Shown here: positions 1-11,551 of the stretch, piece after piece | Layout: each line of letters begins with the position of its first letter | Position numbering within the stretch: position 1 is the stretch's first letter | DNA from: Chiloscyllium plagiosum | Lineage: Eukaryota | DNA: 36,582 nucleotides | Direction of reading: 5' to 3' | Assembly: GCF_004010195.1 (NCBI RefSeq) | Contig: NC_057718.1 | Location: 82,789,122-82,825,703 of the forward strand | Notes under the pieces: model-generated | What the model was told of the DNA's origin: nothing | Databases searched by the model: none | What the model saw: the letters and a program-made list of their open reading frames with translations, nothing else | Made by a program: the position numbers and the translations under genes

Positions 1-1430
1 TGTTGTTCCCCTGTACAAGAAGGGTAGTAGGGATATTCCGGGTAACTACAGACCAGTGAGCCTGACATTGGTGGTGGGGAAGTTGCTGGAGAAGGTACTG
101 AGGGATAGGATCTATTTATATTTAGAAAAGAATGAGCTTATCAGAGATAGGCAACATGGTTTTGTGCGGGGGAGATCGTGCCTTACCAACTTGATAGAGT
201 TCTTCAAGGAAGTGACCAAGTTGTTAGGTGAAGGGCAGGCTGTTGATGTCATATACATGAACTTTAGTAAGGCATTTGACAAGGTTCCCCATGGTAGACT
301 AATGGAGAAAGTGAAGTTACATGGTGTGCAGGGTGTTCTAGCTAGGTGGATAAAGAACTCATTGAGCAACAGGAAACAGAGAGTAGTGGTTGAAGGGAGT
401 TTCTCGAAATGGAGAAAGGTGACCAGTGGTGTTTCACAGGGGTCAGTATTTAGGCCACTGTTGTTGGTAATATACGTAAATGATCTAGAAGAGGGCACTG
501 TTGGTATGATCAGCAAGTTTGCAGATGACACAAAGATTGGTGGAGTAGCAGAAAGCATAAGGGACTGTCAGAGAATACAGGAGGATATAGATAGACTGGA
601 GAGTTGGGCGGAAAAGTGGCAGATGGCTTTCAATCCAGACAAATGTGAGGTGATGCATTTAGGCAAGACTAATTCTAGAGCGAATTATACAATGAGTGGA
701 AGAGCCTTGGGAAAAGTTGATGGGCAGAGAGATCTGGGAGTGCAGGTCCATTGTACCCTGAAGGTTGCTGCACAGGTGGATAGAGTGGTCAAGAAGGCAT
801 ATAGTATGCTTGTCTTCATTGGACGGGGTATTGAGTATAAGAACTGGCAAGTCATGTTAAAATTGTACAAGGCATTGGTTCGGCCACATTTAGAATACTG
901 TGTACAGTTCTGGTCGCCACATTACCAAAAGGATGTGGACGCTTTGGAGAGGGTGCAGAGAAGGTTTACGAGGATGTTGCCTGGTATGGAAGGTGCTAGC
1001 TATGAAGAGAGGTTGAGTAGGTTAGGTTTATTTTCACTAGAAAAAAGGAGATTGAGGCGGAGATCTGATCGAGGTTTACAAAATCATGAAGGGTATAGAC
1101 AGGGTGGATAGAAACAAGCTGTTTTCCAGGGTGAAGGATTCAATGAGAGGTCACGCTTTCAAGGTGAGAGGTGGAAAGTTTAAGGGGGATACACGCGGCA
1201 AGTACTTCACACAGAGGCTGGTGGGCGTTTGGAACCTGTAGCCAGCAGAGGTGGTAGAGGCAGGCATGATAGATTCATTTAAGATGCGTCTGGACAGATA
1301 TATGAGTAGGTGGGGAGCAGAGGGATACAAATGCTTAGGAATTGGCCGAAAGATTTAGACAGTACATTTGGATTGGTTCAGGCTTGAAGGGCCGAAGGAC
1401 CTGTTTCTGGGCTGTAAATTTTCTTTGTTC
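1..1430 (+). mobile_element. CR1-clade LINE, 3' part of ORF2 (reverse transcriptase) and 3' UTR
   Basis: QHGF..GRSCLTNL, FSKAFDKVPH, VTSGVSQGS, KFADD, RPHLEYCVQFWSP motifs; +1 frameshift near 1058 (RRLR/GDLIEVYKIM); CR1-type 3' tail. Confidence 0.95.
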
Positions 1431-1790
1431 TTAACCTGCGGTCGCAGGGGACGGCTCATACCAGATGCCTGAATGAAACGGGGAGGACTCCCACGTAGAG
1501 AGCCCTCCACTGGGGATCCCTACTGCCCGGTCGCAAGACGTGTCCGGGCGGTGGATGAGGGAGAAGAGGTGGACGGTGTGCAGCAGCAGTGTGTACAGGG
1601 CCCGACTTTTTACGGGCAAAAAAGGGACAAAACTAAAATTCCGGAGGCGGCTCAGGTTGTGGGGCACAGGTTCCCGGGGGAAGTACGGGACCTTGGGGCC
1701 AATGTGAAATTCCGTCCGGGCTGGGGTGAGCGCGGACGGGATCCCACCGCACACCTGAGTGTCCTCCAACTGGTCCGAGCACTGCGGTTT
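1431..1790 (-). mobile_element. Tx1-like (L1 clade) non-LTR ORF2 fragment A, post-RT region
   Basis: Minus translation LYTLLLHTVHLFSLIHRPDT, then after a frameshift PQWRALYVGVLP...AVPCDRRLR, resembling the region preceding the C-terminal zinc knuckle. Confidence 0.65.
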
Positions 1791-2697
1791 TATTTTTGTT
1801 TCTTTTAAACAAGGGGGGAAAGACAAAGAAACTCTCCTCCTCTTTAACAGCAGGAGCACACTGACTGTAGCACCAGTCAGCACAGAGTCAGTCCCCTGAA
1901 CTGAGGAGATTCTAAATCTCCTGGTTATTTTTTTACCCCCACACTGTCGCCTAACAGCATTAGTGTTTTATCTTCCCCAGCATCCACATTGTTTTTTCTC
2001 CCTCTTGTTCCTGTTTATTTTTATTTTTCTAACAGAATCTCTGACATGCCTTTTTTTTATTACCCCCACACGGCCACCTAACTGCGTTAGTGCATATATT
2101 CTCCCCAGCACCCAGGATGTGTGTGTGCAGGTGTGGGACACAGTGAAAGACACAAGATGTACAAATCTTTATTCAATTTCCACCACCAGGAAGAAAGGAA
2201 ACATATGAGTGGCCAGTGACAAGCAGAGCCCTTCACATCAAAGGGCAATGCTGCGTGATCAAAAAAAGTGAAGGGGAAGGCAGCGATCAAATCAAAATAG
2301 AGTTGGAGGGGGAAATAACTCACTCCACTCCCTGTGGTGCCCACCTCTCCCTGAACAGCTTGAGGGTATTGGTGGACACCGCGTGCTCCTTCTTCAGAGA
2401 TACCTGGGCTCTGACATACCCCCGGAAGAGGGCCAGGCAATCAGCCATAACGACCCCCTGCACGGCCCACTGCCTGGATCTGTGGCCAGTTTGGCCAGGC
2501 CCAGGAGCAGAACCACGAAGAGATCCTCTGACCTACCCTCCCCCTCCATACTGGGTGCCTAAAGATCAGGAGCGTGGGACTGAAGGGCAGCCAAAAGCAG
2601 AGGAGGAGGTTCTAAAAAGGGAGTGCAAACGCCCAGACCCCATATATACATGGTCCACCGACTCCGCAGCACCACAGAACAAGCAGTTGGGCTGAGA
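1791..2697 (-). mobile_element. Tx1-like non-LTR fragment B: zinc knuckle, ORF2 C-terminus and 3' UTR
   Basis: Minus translation SQPNCLFCGAAESVDHVY (Cx2C..E..H), LFRGYVRAQVSLKKEHAVSTNTLKLFRERWAPQGVE, stop near 2290; 3' UTR with repeated A-rich units and A-rich end near 1790-1810. Confidence 0.7.
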
Positions 2698-2742
2698 AAA
2701 GGAAACACCACAAACTGCCTATTGTACTTCGTTCAAGATTCT

Positions 2743-2822
2743 TGGTAGTGGTGGGACTTGAGCCCATGAATCACTAGAGACTCACTTAAAGCCAGTGCCT
2801 TAGACCGCTCAGCCACATTTCC
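2743..2822 (-). pseudogene. tRNA-Leu-derived pseudogene
   Basis: Reverse complement GGAAATGTGGCTGAGCGGTCTAAGGCACTGG...TGGGCTCAAGTCCCACCACTACCA aligns with the vertebrate tRNA-Leu(AAG/TAG) pattern; acceptor and anticodon stems and B box are damaged. Confidence 0.7.
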
Positions 2823-2834
2823 ACTGCAAGTATC

Positions 2835-3040
2835 ATACCCAGACCCCTACATTTATCCTTAACTATTGCATCCAACGTACACATTCCTGAACACTATGGG
2901 GAAATTTAGCACAGCCAATTCACCTAACCTGCACATCTTTAGATTGTGGGAGGACACTCACGCAGGCACAGGGGAATGTGCAAACTCCACAAAGACAGTC
3001 GCCCCCCAGGCTAGAACCAAACCCAAGTACCTGGCATCGT
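2835..3040 (-). mobile_element. HE1-type tRNA-derived SINE (runs into gap)
   Basis: Reverse complement of the same consensus as 4052-4360 (gtggagtttgcacattc, aaagatgtgcaggttagg). Confidence 0.8.
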
Positions 3041-3540
3041 NNNNNNNNNNNNNNNNNNNNNNNNNNNNNNNNNNNNNNNNNNNNNNNNNNNNNNNNNNNN
3101 NNNNNNNNNNNNNNNNNNNNNNNNNNNNNNNNNNNNNNNNNNNNNNNNNNNNNNNNNNNNNNNNNNNNNNNNNNNNNNNNNNNNNNNNNNNNNNNNNNNN
3201 NNNNNNNNNNNNNNNNNNNNNNNNNNNNNNNNNNNNNNNNNNNNNNNNNNNNNNNNNNNNNNNNNNNNNNNNNNNNNNNNNNNNNNNNNNNNNNNNNNNN
3301 NNNNNNNNNNNNNNNNNNNNNNNNNNNNNNNNNNNNNNNNNNNNNNNNNNNNNNNNNNNNNNNNNNNNNNNNNNNNNNNNNNNNNNNNNNNNNNNNNNNN
3401 NNNNNNNNNNNNNNNNNNNNNNNNNNNNNNNNNNNNNNNNNNNNNNNNNNNNNNNNNNNNNNNNNNNNNNNNNNNNNNNNNNNNNNNNNNNNNNNNNNNN
3501 NNNNNNNNNNNNNNNNNNNNNNNNNNNNNNNNNNNNNNNN
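3041..3540. other. Assembly gap (500 N)
   Basis: N run. Confidence 1.
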
Positions 3541-4051
3541 CAGGCCAAATATAATGGATTGACGTCCTGCTGTGGCACTTTTATGTTGAATCCTACTGCC
3601 CTGTTCTCGCTGGGACCTGCCTCCTAGTAATGCCCCTGACACATAGAGGCAATGGGAAACCTCACTGAGAAGAATTGCCAAAATGTCTCAGGGTGAAATA
3701 ACAGGCCGAGGAGCCACCTTTAGCTAGAGCACACATGTAATTTAAAATGTTAGGCAGATTACCCAACTTGGGCTCTGTTAGGATTTTGTGGGAATTGAAT
3801 GAACGTATGAGTTAAAAATGCAGTTTGAATTTCTTGTGATAAGTACAGTATTGCTTGAGATAGTAAAGGCCCTGATAAAATGGGTCAGTTGTTGTCACCC
3901 GACAGCCACTTTCAGCCTGGGGTTTACATCCAACTCCTGCAGAAAGAAAAACATCCTGAATTGCTGGTTATTGCCTCTGTAAGGTGGTGAATTTCTGAAA
4001 AAGGCACAAATATTTAGAGATATGGTAAAACCTCTAAAAGCTCGGGGGCGG

Positions 4052-4360
4052 GGCAGTGGCACGGTGGCTCAGTGGTTAGCACTGCTACCTCACAGCACCA
4101 GGAACCTGGGTTTGATTCCAGCCTCAGATGATTGTCTTTGTGGAGTTTACACATTCTCCCTGTGTCTGTGTGGGTTTCCTCCTCCAATCCAAAGATGTGC
4201 AGGTTAGGCGAATTGACAATGCTAAATTGCCCGTAGTGTTCAGGGATGTGTAGGTTAGGGGTAAATGTAGGGGAATAGGTTTGGGTGGGATGTTCTTTAG
4301 TAGGTCAGTGTGGACTTGTTGAACCAAAGGGCCTGTTTCCACACGGTAGGGGTTGTATTC
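4052..4360 (+). mobile_element. HE1-type SINE, near full length
   Basis: Pol III A box (TGGCTCAGTGG), B-box-like GGTTTGATTCC, conserved body, CR1-like 3' tail ggcctgtttccacac. Confidence 0.88.
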
Positions 4361-4769
4361 TGTGTTCATGACGTGATATTTTATGTCCCATTTGCTAGCA
4401 TTTTAGGATCAATTTTTGCTATTCTGTCCATTTTTTTCCACAAAAGCTGGCCCTCCTGGATTCTCAGACCATGTTTGGTGTAAGGATCAGTGCAAGGGTG
4501 AGGAATGGCCCTTTCAGTTTACCATTAAATATCTGATCTTATTCTGTCTCCTGCTGGATCATGCCTGTGGTGTGACATAGCTAACTTTTCTGCGTGTTTT
4601 CTTTCACTGTGCCTGCTACTTTACCTGATTACTTGGCAGTGATATTTGTACAGTAAGTACCAAAGGTAGCATGTAGACAAGTCTCGCTGTCTTTAGGGGG
4701 ATAGTCTGAATGTTAAAATTGTGAGGTGTTTCAGAACAATAGACAATCATCCTGAGTATCTCTTATTTC

Positions 4770-4893
4770 TGATCTGAAAATGTGTTGCTGGAAAAGCGCA
4801 GCAGGTCAGGCAGCATCCATGAAGCAGGAGAATCGACGTTTCGGGATGAGCCCTTCTTCAGGAATGAGGAAAGTGTGTCCAGCAGGCTAAGAA
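4770..4893 (-). mobile_element. Penelope-type terminal repeat with minimal hammerhead motif (4831-4866)
   Basis: Reverse complement attcCTGAAGAagggctcatcccGAAACGTCgatt; the same repeat caps the GIY-YIG fragment at 8525-8650. Confidence 0.75.
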
Positions 4894-4949
4894 GGGAAGC
4901 CATACAGAACTGGGAAACTAATCATCTGTGACTTAAATGACTTGTCTTT

Positions 4950-5693
4950 ATTGCTCAGACCTTTGAGTAAAGGAGTTGGGAGGTTATTGTTGAGGTTGTA
5001 TAGGATGTTGGAGAGGCCTCTTGAGGAGTACTGCATCCAGTTCTGGAGTCCCTGTTACAGGAAGGATATTATTAAGCTGGAGAGAGCTCAGAAAAGATTT
5101 ACCAGGATATTGCAGGGAATGGATAGTTTCAGTTAGAAAATGAGGCTGGATAGGCTGGGACTTTTTTCACTGGAATGTAGGAGGTTGAGAGGTGACCATA
5201 TGAAGGTTTATAAAATCATGGGAGGTATAAATAAGGTGAATGGTAGGTGTCCTTTCCCTAGGATGAGGGATTTCAAGACTATTTTTAAGGTGAGAGAGCA
5301 AGATTTAGAAAAGACATGAGGAGCAATTGTCTTACACAGAGAGTGGTTTGTGTGGGGAATGAATTTCCAGAGGAAGTGGTGGATGCAGGTACAGTGACAA
5401 CATTTAAAAGATGGTTAGGTAAGAACAGAGGAACCCTGATTATCCAGCATTCGATTAACCGACCTTCGGATTTCCCGAACAAGATTGCAAGATCCTGATG
5501 CTTAGCTAACTACGCTTAACCGATCAAAATACACCACGCCCGTGTCCTTCGGATAATTGAGTTTCCAAATAAGAAATGTTTGGAGGGCCATGGGCCAAGC
5601 ATTGGCAGGTGGCACTAATTTAGTTTGGGATGATGGTCAGCATGGACTGGTTGGGCTGAAGGGTCTGTTTCAGAGGTGTATGACTCTATGACT
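4950..5693 (+). mobile_element. CR1 LINE 3' fragment interrupted by a small insertion
   Basis: RPLEEYCIQFWSPCYRKDIIKLERAQKRFTR; TQRVVCVGNEFPEEVV; terminal tatgactc repeats. Confidence 0.9.
5426..5566. mobile_element. Small MITE-like DNA element nested in CR1
   Basis: Imperfect inverted ends ggaaccctgattatcc / ggataattgagtttcc; interrupts otherwise colinear CR1 sequence. Confidence 0.55.
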
Positions 5694-6724
5694 GAGAATA
5701 GAAACTGTCCCTGAGCGGGCATCATGATCTAAATGGCCTGAGTTACATGTTCTGTAAAATGCCTTCAATCTTTCCCAGAAATTAAAATTTATAAGTCACT
5801 TTAAATGCTATCCAAATTGCTGTTTTGATGTGTGTGACATTAAACACAAGGTATTTTAAAAGTTTCAAATAAAGGTCTTTCTAATCTCTTTAACAACCAT
5901 GTGTTTTTAAATAGATAATTACAGCAAATCACCAGTAAGAACCCTCCCATTATCCTTTTCATGCTGGAGGACAAGTACGATTAGTAGCATGAGAACACAA
6001 CAGAGCATTTACAACAAAGCTTAAAGCCTCAATTGTCCCAATTTTGTAAATCAAGGTCGTGGTGATGGGAAAGGCTTCCTCTGATGATCTCTCATCCACG
6101 TGCAGTGAAATTAGTTGCAGATAGAAATAACAAGGTGAAAGAGCAGGGAGAATGGGGTACACAGTGTTGTGTGAGCAGGGAGAGGATGATTGCAAAGAGT
6201 GCGATGGTAGTTGGGGGCAGAATTCTGAGTCCAAGGAGAGTAAAAATACATGACAATTTAGGAGAAGGTACCACACTGTCACACAGGTTGGAAATTGATC
6301 AGAAATGAAACAATGCTTTATCAGAAGTAGTGTATGAAGCAACAGAATAAAAACAAGAGAAGAAACAACACAGTTGTTCCTGCTAATTTATTGGCATATA
6401 ATGGACTGGAATATATACTCCCATATTGAAATGTACTACATTAATAATTTGATCCAGTGAAAACATTAACTCTCAGGCAGAGACATCCCATCAGTTAAAC
6501 TATGTAATTCCATGATCATCAAATTAAAAATGTAAAGTGGATTAGGATTCATGTTAAATTCACAGGACTTGGATATTTCCTCAGCTGATGTCTTATACTA
6601 TATGGTATGTAGCCTTGTTCTGATCTGTCACTCTTTCATTTGTACATTAGCAGCAATTTCAGACAAAACCTTGCCCTTTCCTATAGTATCTTTCCATGCA
6701 AGTGCTGGAGATGCTAAAGTTGTG

Positions 6725-7005
6725 TCATAGTGTCATAGAGGTCGATAGCATGGAAGCAGGCCCTTCGGCCCAACTTGCCTATGCCACCCAGTTTTCACAG
6801 TTTAAACTAATCCCATTTGTCTGTGTTTGATCCGTATCCTGTCAGATCTATCGCTGTCTAAATGATGAAATAGTACTCACTTCCACCACTACCTTTGGCA
6901 GCCTGTTCCAAACACTCACTGCCCTTTGTGTGAAAACAATTACCCCTCTGGGCCTTTGTGTATCTCTCCCCTCTTATCTTAAACCTATGCCCTCTAGTCT
7001 TGGCA
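6725..7005 (-). mobile_element. CR1 LINE 3' end
   Basis: gtcatag terminal repeats, ggcccttcggcccaac; reverse translation TRGHRFKIRGERY. Confidence 0.85.
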
Positions 7006-7689
7006 AAAAGAAAAGGAACAATGTTATCAGGACTATGTTGGATTCTGCATGCAAGCGTCTGGCTGTCTCCATGGAGAAGTTGACTACCACCATTGAGTGC
7101 CAAGTCCAGCACACTCAGCATCTGCTGGATATGCATTTAAGCACTCTAGTCATAGATGCTCAGCATTAATGGTGAGCGACACAAGCTCCATGTGTCGTTT
7201 ACACTAGGCACGGCTGATTGCAGTATATCAGATTATTAAACCCAGCTCATTCATCCTGGAAGTGGGCTTCAATCAGGTTCTCCCTGGCATCTCAAGTTCT
7301 GCAATGCATTGCTCTGTTATGTTGCCTGACCCTCCTGGTCAATGTTCTGATCCTAAGTGTTATGTTCATCCTCAGAAACTTGTGCTGTCATTCCCCCATT
7401 CCATCTACATCAAGGCCGTCTCTACCCCCACCACATAACATTGTCCAATCTCGTTGTGAAGCTCATGGCAAGACACATTGGCATGGGGCCCCCCTGTCCA
7501 GACACTGAAACCTCATAAGGATGTTATGAATGGTGTTTGAAGGGGCTGCCCCATATCTCCCGGCAGATGACCCTATACGGGCTGAGGTCCTTGGAAAGAG
7601 GCAGGAACTTGTGAATTCTCAAGGCAGTGTAATACCCAGTAAGGGGGTTATGCCCTTCATTGCATCTCCTCCACTTCCTGCCTCTCCAC

Positions 7690-8650
7690 CCTCAAACCCC
7701 ACCCCTCCAAGCACAACAAGGATAGAACCCTTACCCACCCTGCCCCCACCCTCACCCCCACCAATCTCCTCCGCCATTTGTGCCACCGACAGTCAGACCC
7801 CACCACCAAAACTATATTGCTCTCCCCACCCCTATCAGCATTCTGCAGAGTTCCTCCGTGACTCCCTCGTTAGGTCCACTCCCCCCTACCAACCCATCCA
7901 CGACACCCACATCCACCGCACGAGGTACAAAACCTGCACCCACACCTCCCCCCTCACCTCCGTCCAAGGCCCTAAAAGATCATTTCACATCTGGCAGAGA
8001 TTTGCCAGCACACTCACCCACCTCATTTACTGCATCTGTTGCTCTGTATGTGGTTTCCTCTACAACGGTGAGACCGTGCCAACTCAGGGACCGGTTCAGG
8101 CAACATTTCTGGCATGTACGCATCACAAAACCCCACTGCCCTGTGGCCAACCCCTTCAACTCCCCCTCCAACTGTCCCAAGGACATGCAAATCCTGTGCC
8201 TCCTCCAGTGCCAAATCAAAACTACCTATCAACTGGAGGAAGGCCGACTCATCTTCCATCTTGGGACCCTACAACCACACGGCATCAACATCAACTTCAC
8301 CAGTTTCCAAATGTCTCCTCCACCCCACTTCGTCCCAGATCCAACTCTCCAACTCGGCACCGCCCTCTTGACTTGTTCCATCTTCTTCCCACCATCTGCT
8401 CTATCCTCCCCACCGACCCATCACCATCACCTCCCACCTGCATCTACCAATTACCTTGCCACCCACCTTCCCTCCCAGTCCCACTCCACACTCCTATTTA
8501 TTTTTCAGCCCCCTTCTCCCTCCACATTCCCGATGAACAACTTATGCGCAAAACATCGATTCTCCTGTATCCTCAGATGTCTGCCTGACCTGCTGTGCTT
8601 TTCCAGCACCACAAATTTTGATTCTCCAGCATCTGCATCCTTCACTTTCT
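7690..8650 (+). mobile_element. Penelope-like element, GIY-YIG endonuclease region plus terminal repeat (decayed)
   Basis: HLIYCICCSVCGFLYNGET, LRDRFRQH, PVANPFNSPS, LEEGRLIFHLGTLQPHGINI across frameshifts; degenerate hammerhead core near 8525-8562. Confidence 0.85.
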
Positions 8651-9082
8651 CCGAGTTACTGTAACAACACCACAACAGAACCTATTACATTTGAAGCCAG
8701 GATGTCCCCAATATTGCCTGGACCGATTGTGTAGAGTTGGCCAAGAGATGAGAGGCATTAACTACAGGCCATTCCACAGGATAGCAATGCGACTTATAAA
8801 TCGAATTCTGTTAGCTGTAAAAAAAGAAGAATAAAGAAACGAGGCTCCTAACCATTTAAGGCAAGAGAGTCTAAAAAGAGAGGCAGGTGTTGGGGTGGCG
8901 GGGTGGAGAGAGAACGAGAGCGAGAGAGAGAGAGAGAAGAGCCAACTCTAATGGAGTCAGACTTCAACAAGGACAACCCTGAGAGAGGGACCAGCACTCC
9001 AGGAGACAGGGCAAAGCTCAGACTTTGAGAGGAGTCCCCATGAACTAGGCCTGATCAACCTGGGGACAGGCAGATCATATCT

Positions 9083-9186
9083 CACACACACACAAACACA
9101 GATAAAAACACATACATGCACTGCTACAAAATGTCCACACACACAGATACACAAAAACACACACATGAAAGTACAAATACACACAT
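9083..9186. repeat. Degenerate (CA)n-rich simple repeat; (GA)n also at about 8905-8938
   Basis: Direct reading. Confidence 0.8.
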
Positions 9187-9574
9187 AGGGTTACATTATT
9201 TTGTATTATTGCTCTATTTTATTAGAAAGTTGCTTTTAGTGTAAAAACACCCTTATAGCATTCAAACAGTAACTTGTATTTCAGGGTTGTTATTCGATAT
9301 CACTGACAAACACAGATAGGTCAACAACAGTACCCAGGATAGCTGACTTAGAGCTCTAGAATTACATGTAATTTTACCGTTCTGGGGTGGAAGGCTTTAT
9401 AGGTGGGCAACAGAGCACTCTCAAAGTAAAATAGGTACAGTCAGTAGCTTCCTGCATCTGGGGTAAGCCAGTGATGGTGGAGAACTGCCCTGTCTGAGCT
9501 GCTGTGAAGAGCTGTGGTCTGGTGCGGTGACAGCAATAACATCCCAGAGGCATTTCTGGGTCAAAGATTGCAAG

Positions 9575-10160
9575 GTTTTTTAATCCATTTGTGAGTAGGC
9601 ATCACTGGCTGGGTCAAATTTATTGTCTGCCCCTAGTTGCCCGTACGAAGGTGAGTTGCCTTCCTGAATCCTTGCAGCCCCTATGCTCTAGTTTGAGCCA
9701 CCATGCTGTTACAGAGGGGGTTCCAGGATATTGACCCAGCGACAAGGAATATTTGGTATATTTCTGGTATATTCAACTCAGGATGTTGAGTGGCTTGGAG
9801 AGCAACTTGTAGGTTGTGGTATTCTCATTTATCAGCTGCTACTGTCCTTCAGGATAGTAGTGAACGTGAGTTTGGATGATGCTGTCTAAAGATCTCTGAT
9901 GAATTTCCGTAGTGCATCTTGAAGATGGCACACTCTGCTACTACTGTCAGTGGTCCCACAGTCGATGCCACACAGTCCCCAGTTGCTCCCAGAAGCCCAA
10001 CTGCTGGAATTCAGGGAGTTTGTGATCCTGATGACATCAGAATGGGATTGCCACCCATTCCCACTGAGCGCAGGTCCTGCTCCAGCAGGTTGCACAGTTC
10101 AGGAAGGACAGCCCTGGGTATCCTTGATTGGTACCGGTTCTGTCTTTTAGACAGTTGAAG
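9575..10160 (-). mobile_element. Old non-LTR retrotransposon 3' remnant (CR1/L2 group)
   Basis: Its reverse-complement end (caataaatttgacccagccagtgatgcc...aaaaa) matches the tail of the SINE at 31409-31760; right boundary uncertain. Confidence 0.5.
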
Positions 10161-11551
10161 AAAATGACAGCAAGATGAGTGGTTTCAACATAAGCTTCTA
10201 CCCCCTTGGTGGGTATTCAGTTGCTACTTTGCCCTGTGGATTCTGTAGGGTGGTGGCTGGAGCATTGCTGGTCTTCGTGGAATTGTCACACCAAAGTCAC
10301 AAGGATCCCAGCGAAAGTGTCCTTTATGTAAGATCCATCAGCAGAAAATCAGCGTGTGGAGTCAAAACAATGACACAATTTTATTGAAGGAATCCCTGAA
10401 CCTTCACATCCTTCCCAATGATGTCTCACGTTGTACCCTCACACAAAGTGATTTGAAAGCTTCCCAAGAAGGTCACTGTTATCCCTTAGTAGGGAGTTTT
10501 GACACATACGACCTTACTTGATTTTATGTTGTAAATCAAAGTTTTAATGCTGCATTGGGGATATAATTGTACCAATAAGCCACCACGGTAGCCACTCCCT
10601 CTCCCCTCAAGGGGAATGCTCCCTTCCACATCACAGCCTATGTTCTTCCATAATTAAAGATCAGTATCTGAATCTGGAAGCGTCTTCCAGAATTTGAGGT
10701 GGAACATGATTGTTAATGGGAAATCCATGTCCTGTTTTTATGTATCTTTATGTAACTTTATATAACCCTTCATGGAAATATTAATGCCCCACTTTAGCCC
10801 AGAACCCAAGACTCTGGAAACTCCCTTGCCTTTATTTACTCTATACCCCTCCCGATATAGAAACCAATGTTGTCATGCATGGAATTGTCTCAAACACTGA
10901 GTAAGGTTGGCATTGGTGGGAAAGTTGGGAAAGTGAGTGAAATTGGCAATAATACATCAAGAGCAAAATGTCCAATTTTCCAACCAAGTGGGAAGCTGCA
11001 AGATTAGAACTCAGTGATGAGTGGTATGGGGCCAATTTTCATGCATTTACATGCTTTAGGATGTCACTATTAATTAATTTTGCCTTATTTGTATGTAATT
11101 TCCAATCCTCCCACTCACCAGAGAGAAACTAGATGCAGACAATTCCCGACATGAAAGTCTAAGTTGTCACCTGTCGATTCCAGTTCACCACTTACTGTTC
11201 TTACACTCCATCTTGGGGCCCGCTCCAGGGGTATTGACCATATGCATATCCCTGTTCATATATGTTGGCATAGACGTGTACCAGCACGTCAGACCTTCAC
11301 GTCATATCTCCAATCCACTTGCAAGGTGGTTCTGCACTTCACCACTGAACGTTGCAGTGCACTGGCACCTTTCATTGCAATTCTACTTCCAGAACTGGTG
11401 CCCAACTCATGGATTCGACCACGGTGCATCTCAGGACCCCTCACTTGCCCCTTTAGCACTCACTAATTTCAGATTTACTTGGATGTTCATAATTTGTCTA
11501 TTCAACCATTTTGTGCTTTGCCCGACAGCCAGAACTAACAGGCGCACAGCA

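Noticed and set aside
56..1111. 351-aa RT ORF as a functional or novel gene
   Set aside because: Ordinary CR1 ORF2 fragment with a frameshift near 1058 and substitutions in conserved motifs
2866..3681. Long ORFs spanning 3041-3540 (likewise 25987-26709)
   Set aside because: Artefacts of N runs
5940..6700. Non-repeat-looking region with short ORFs on both strands
   Set aside because: No recognisable domain or convincing splice pattern
7530..8664. 352-aa and 294-aa proline-rich ORFs
   Set aside because: Frameshifted Penelope sequence whose C-rich strand is poor in stop codons
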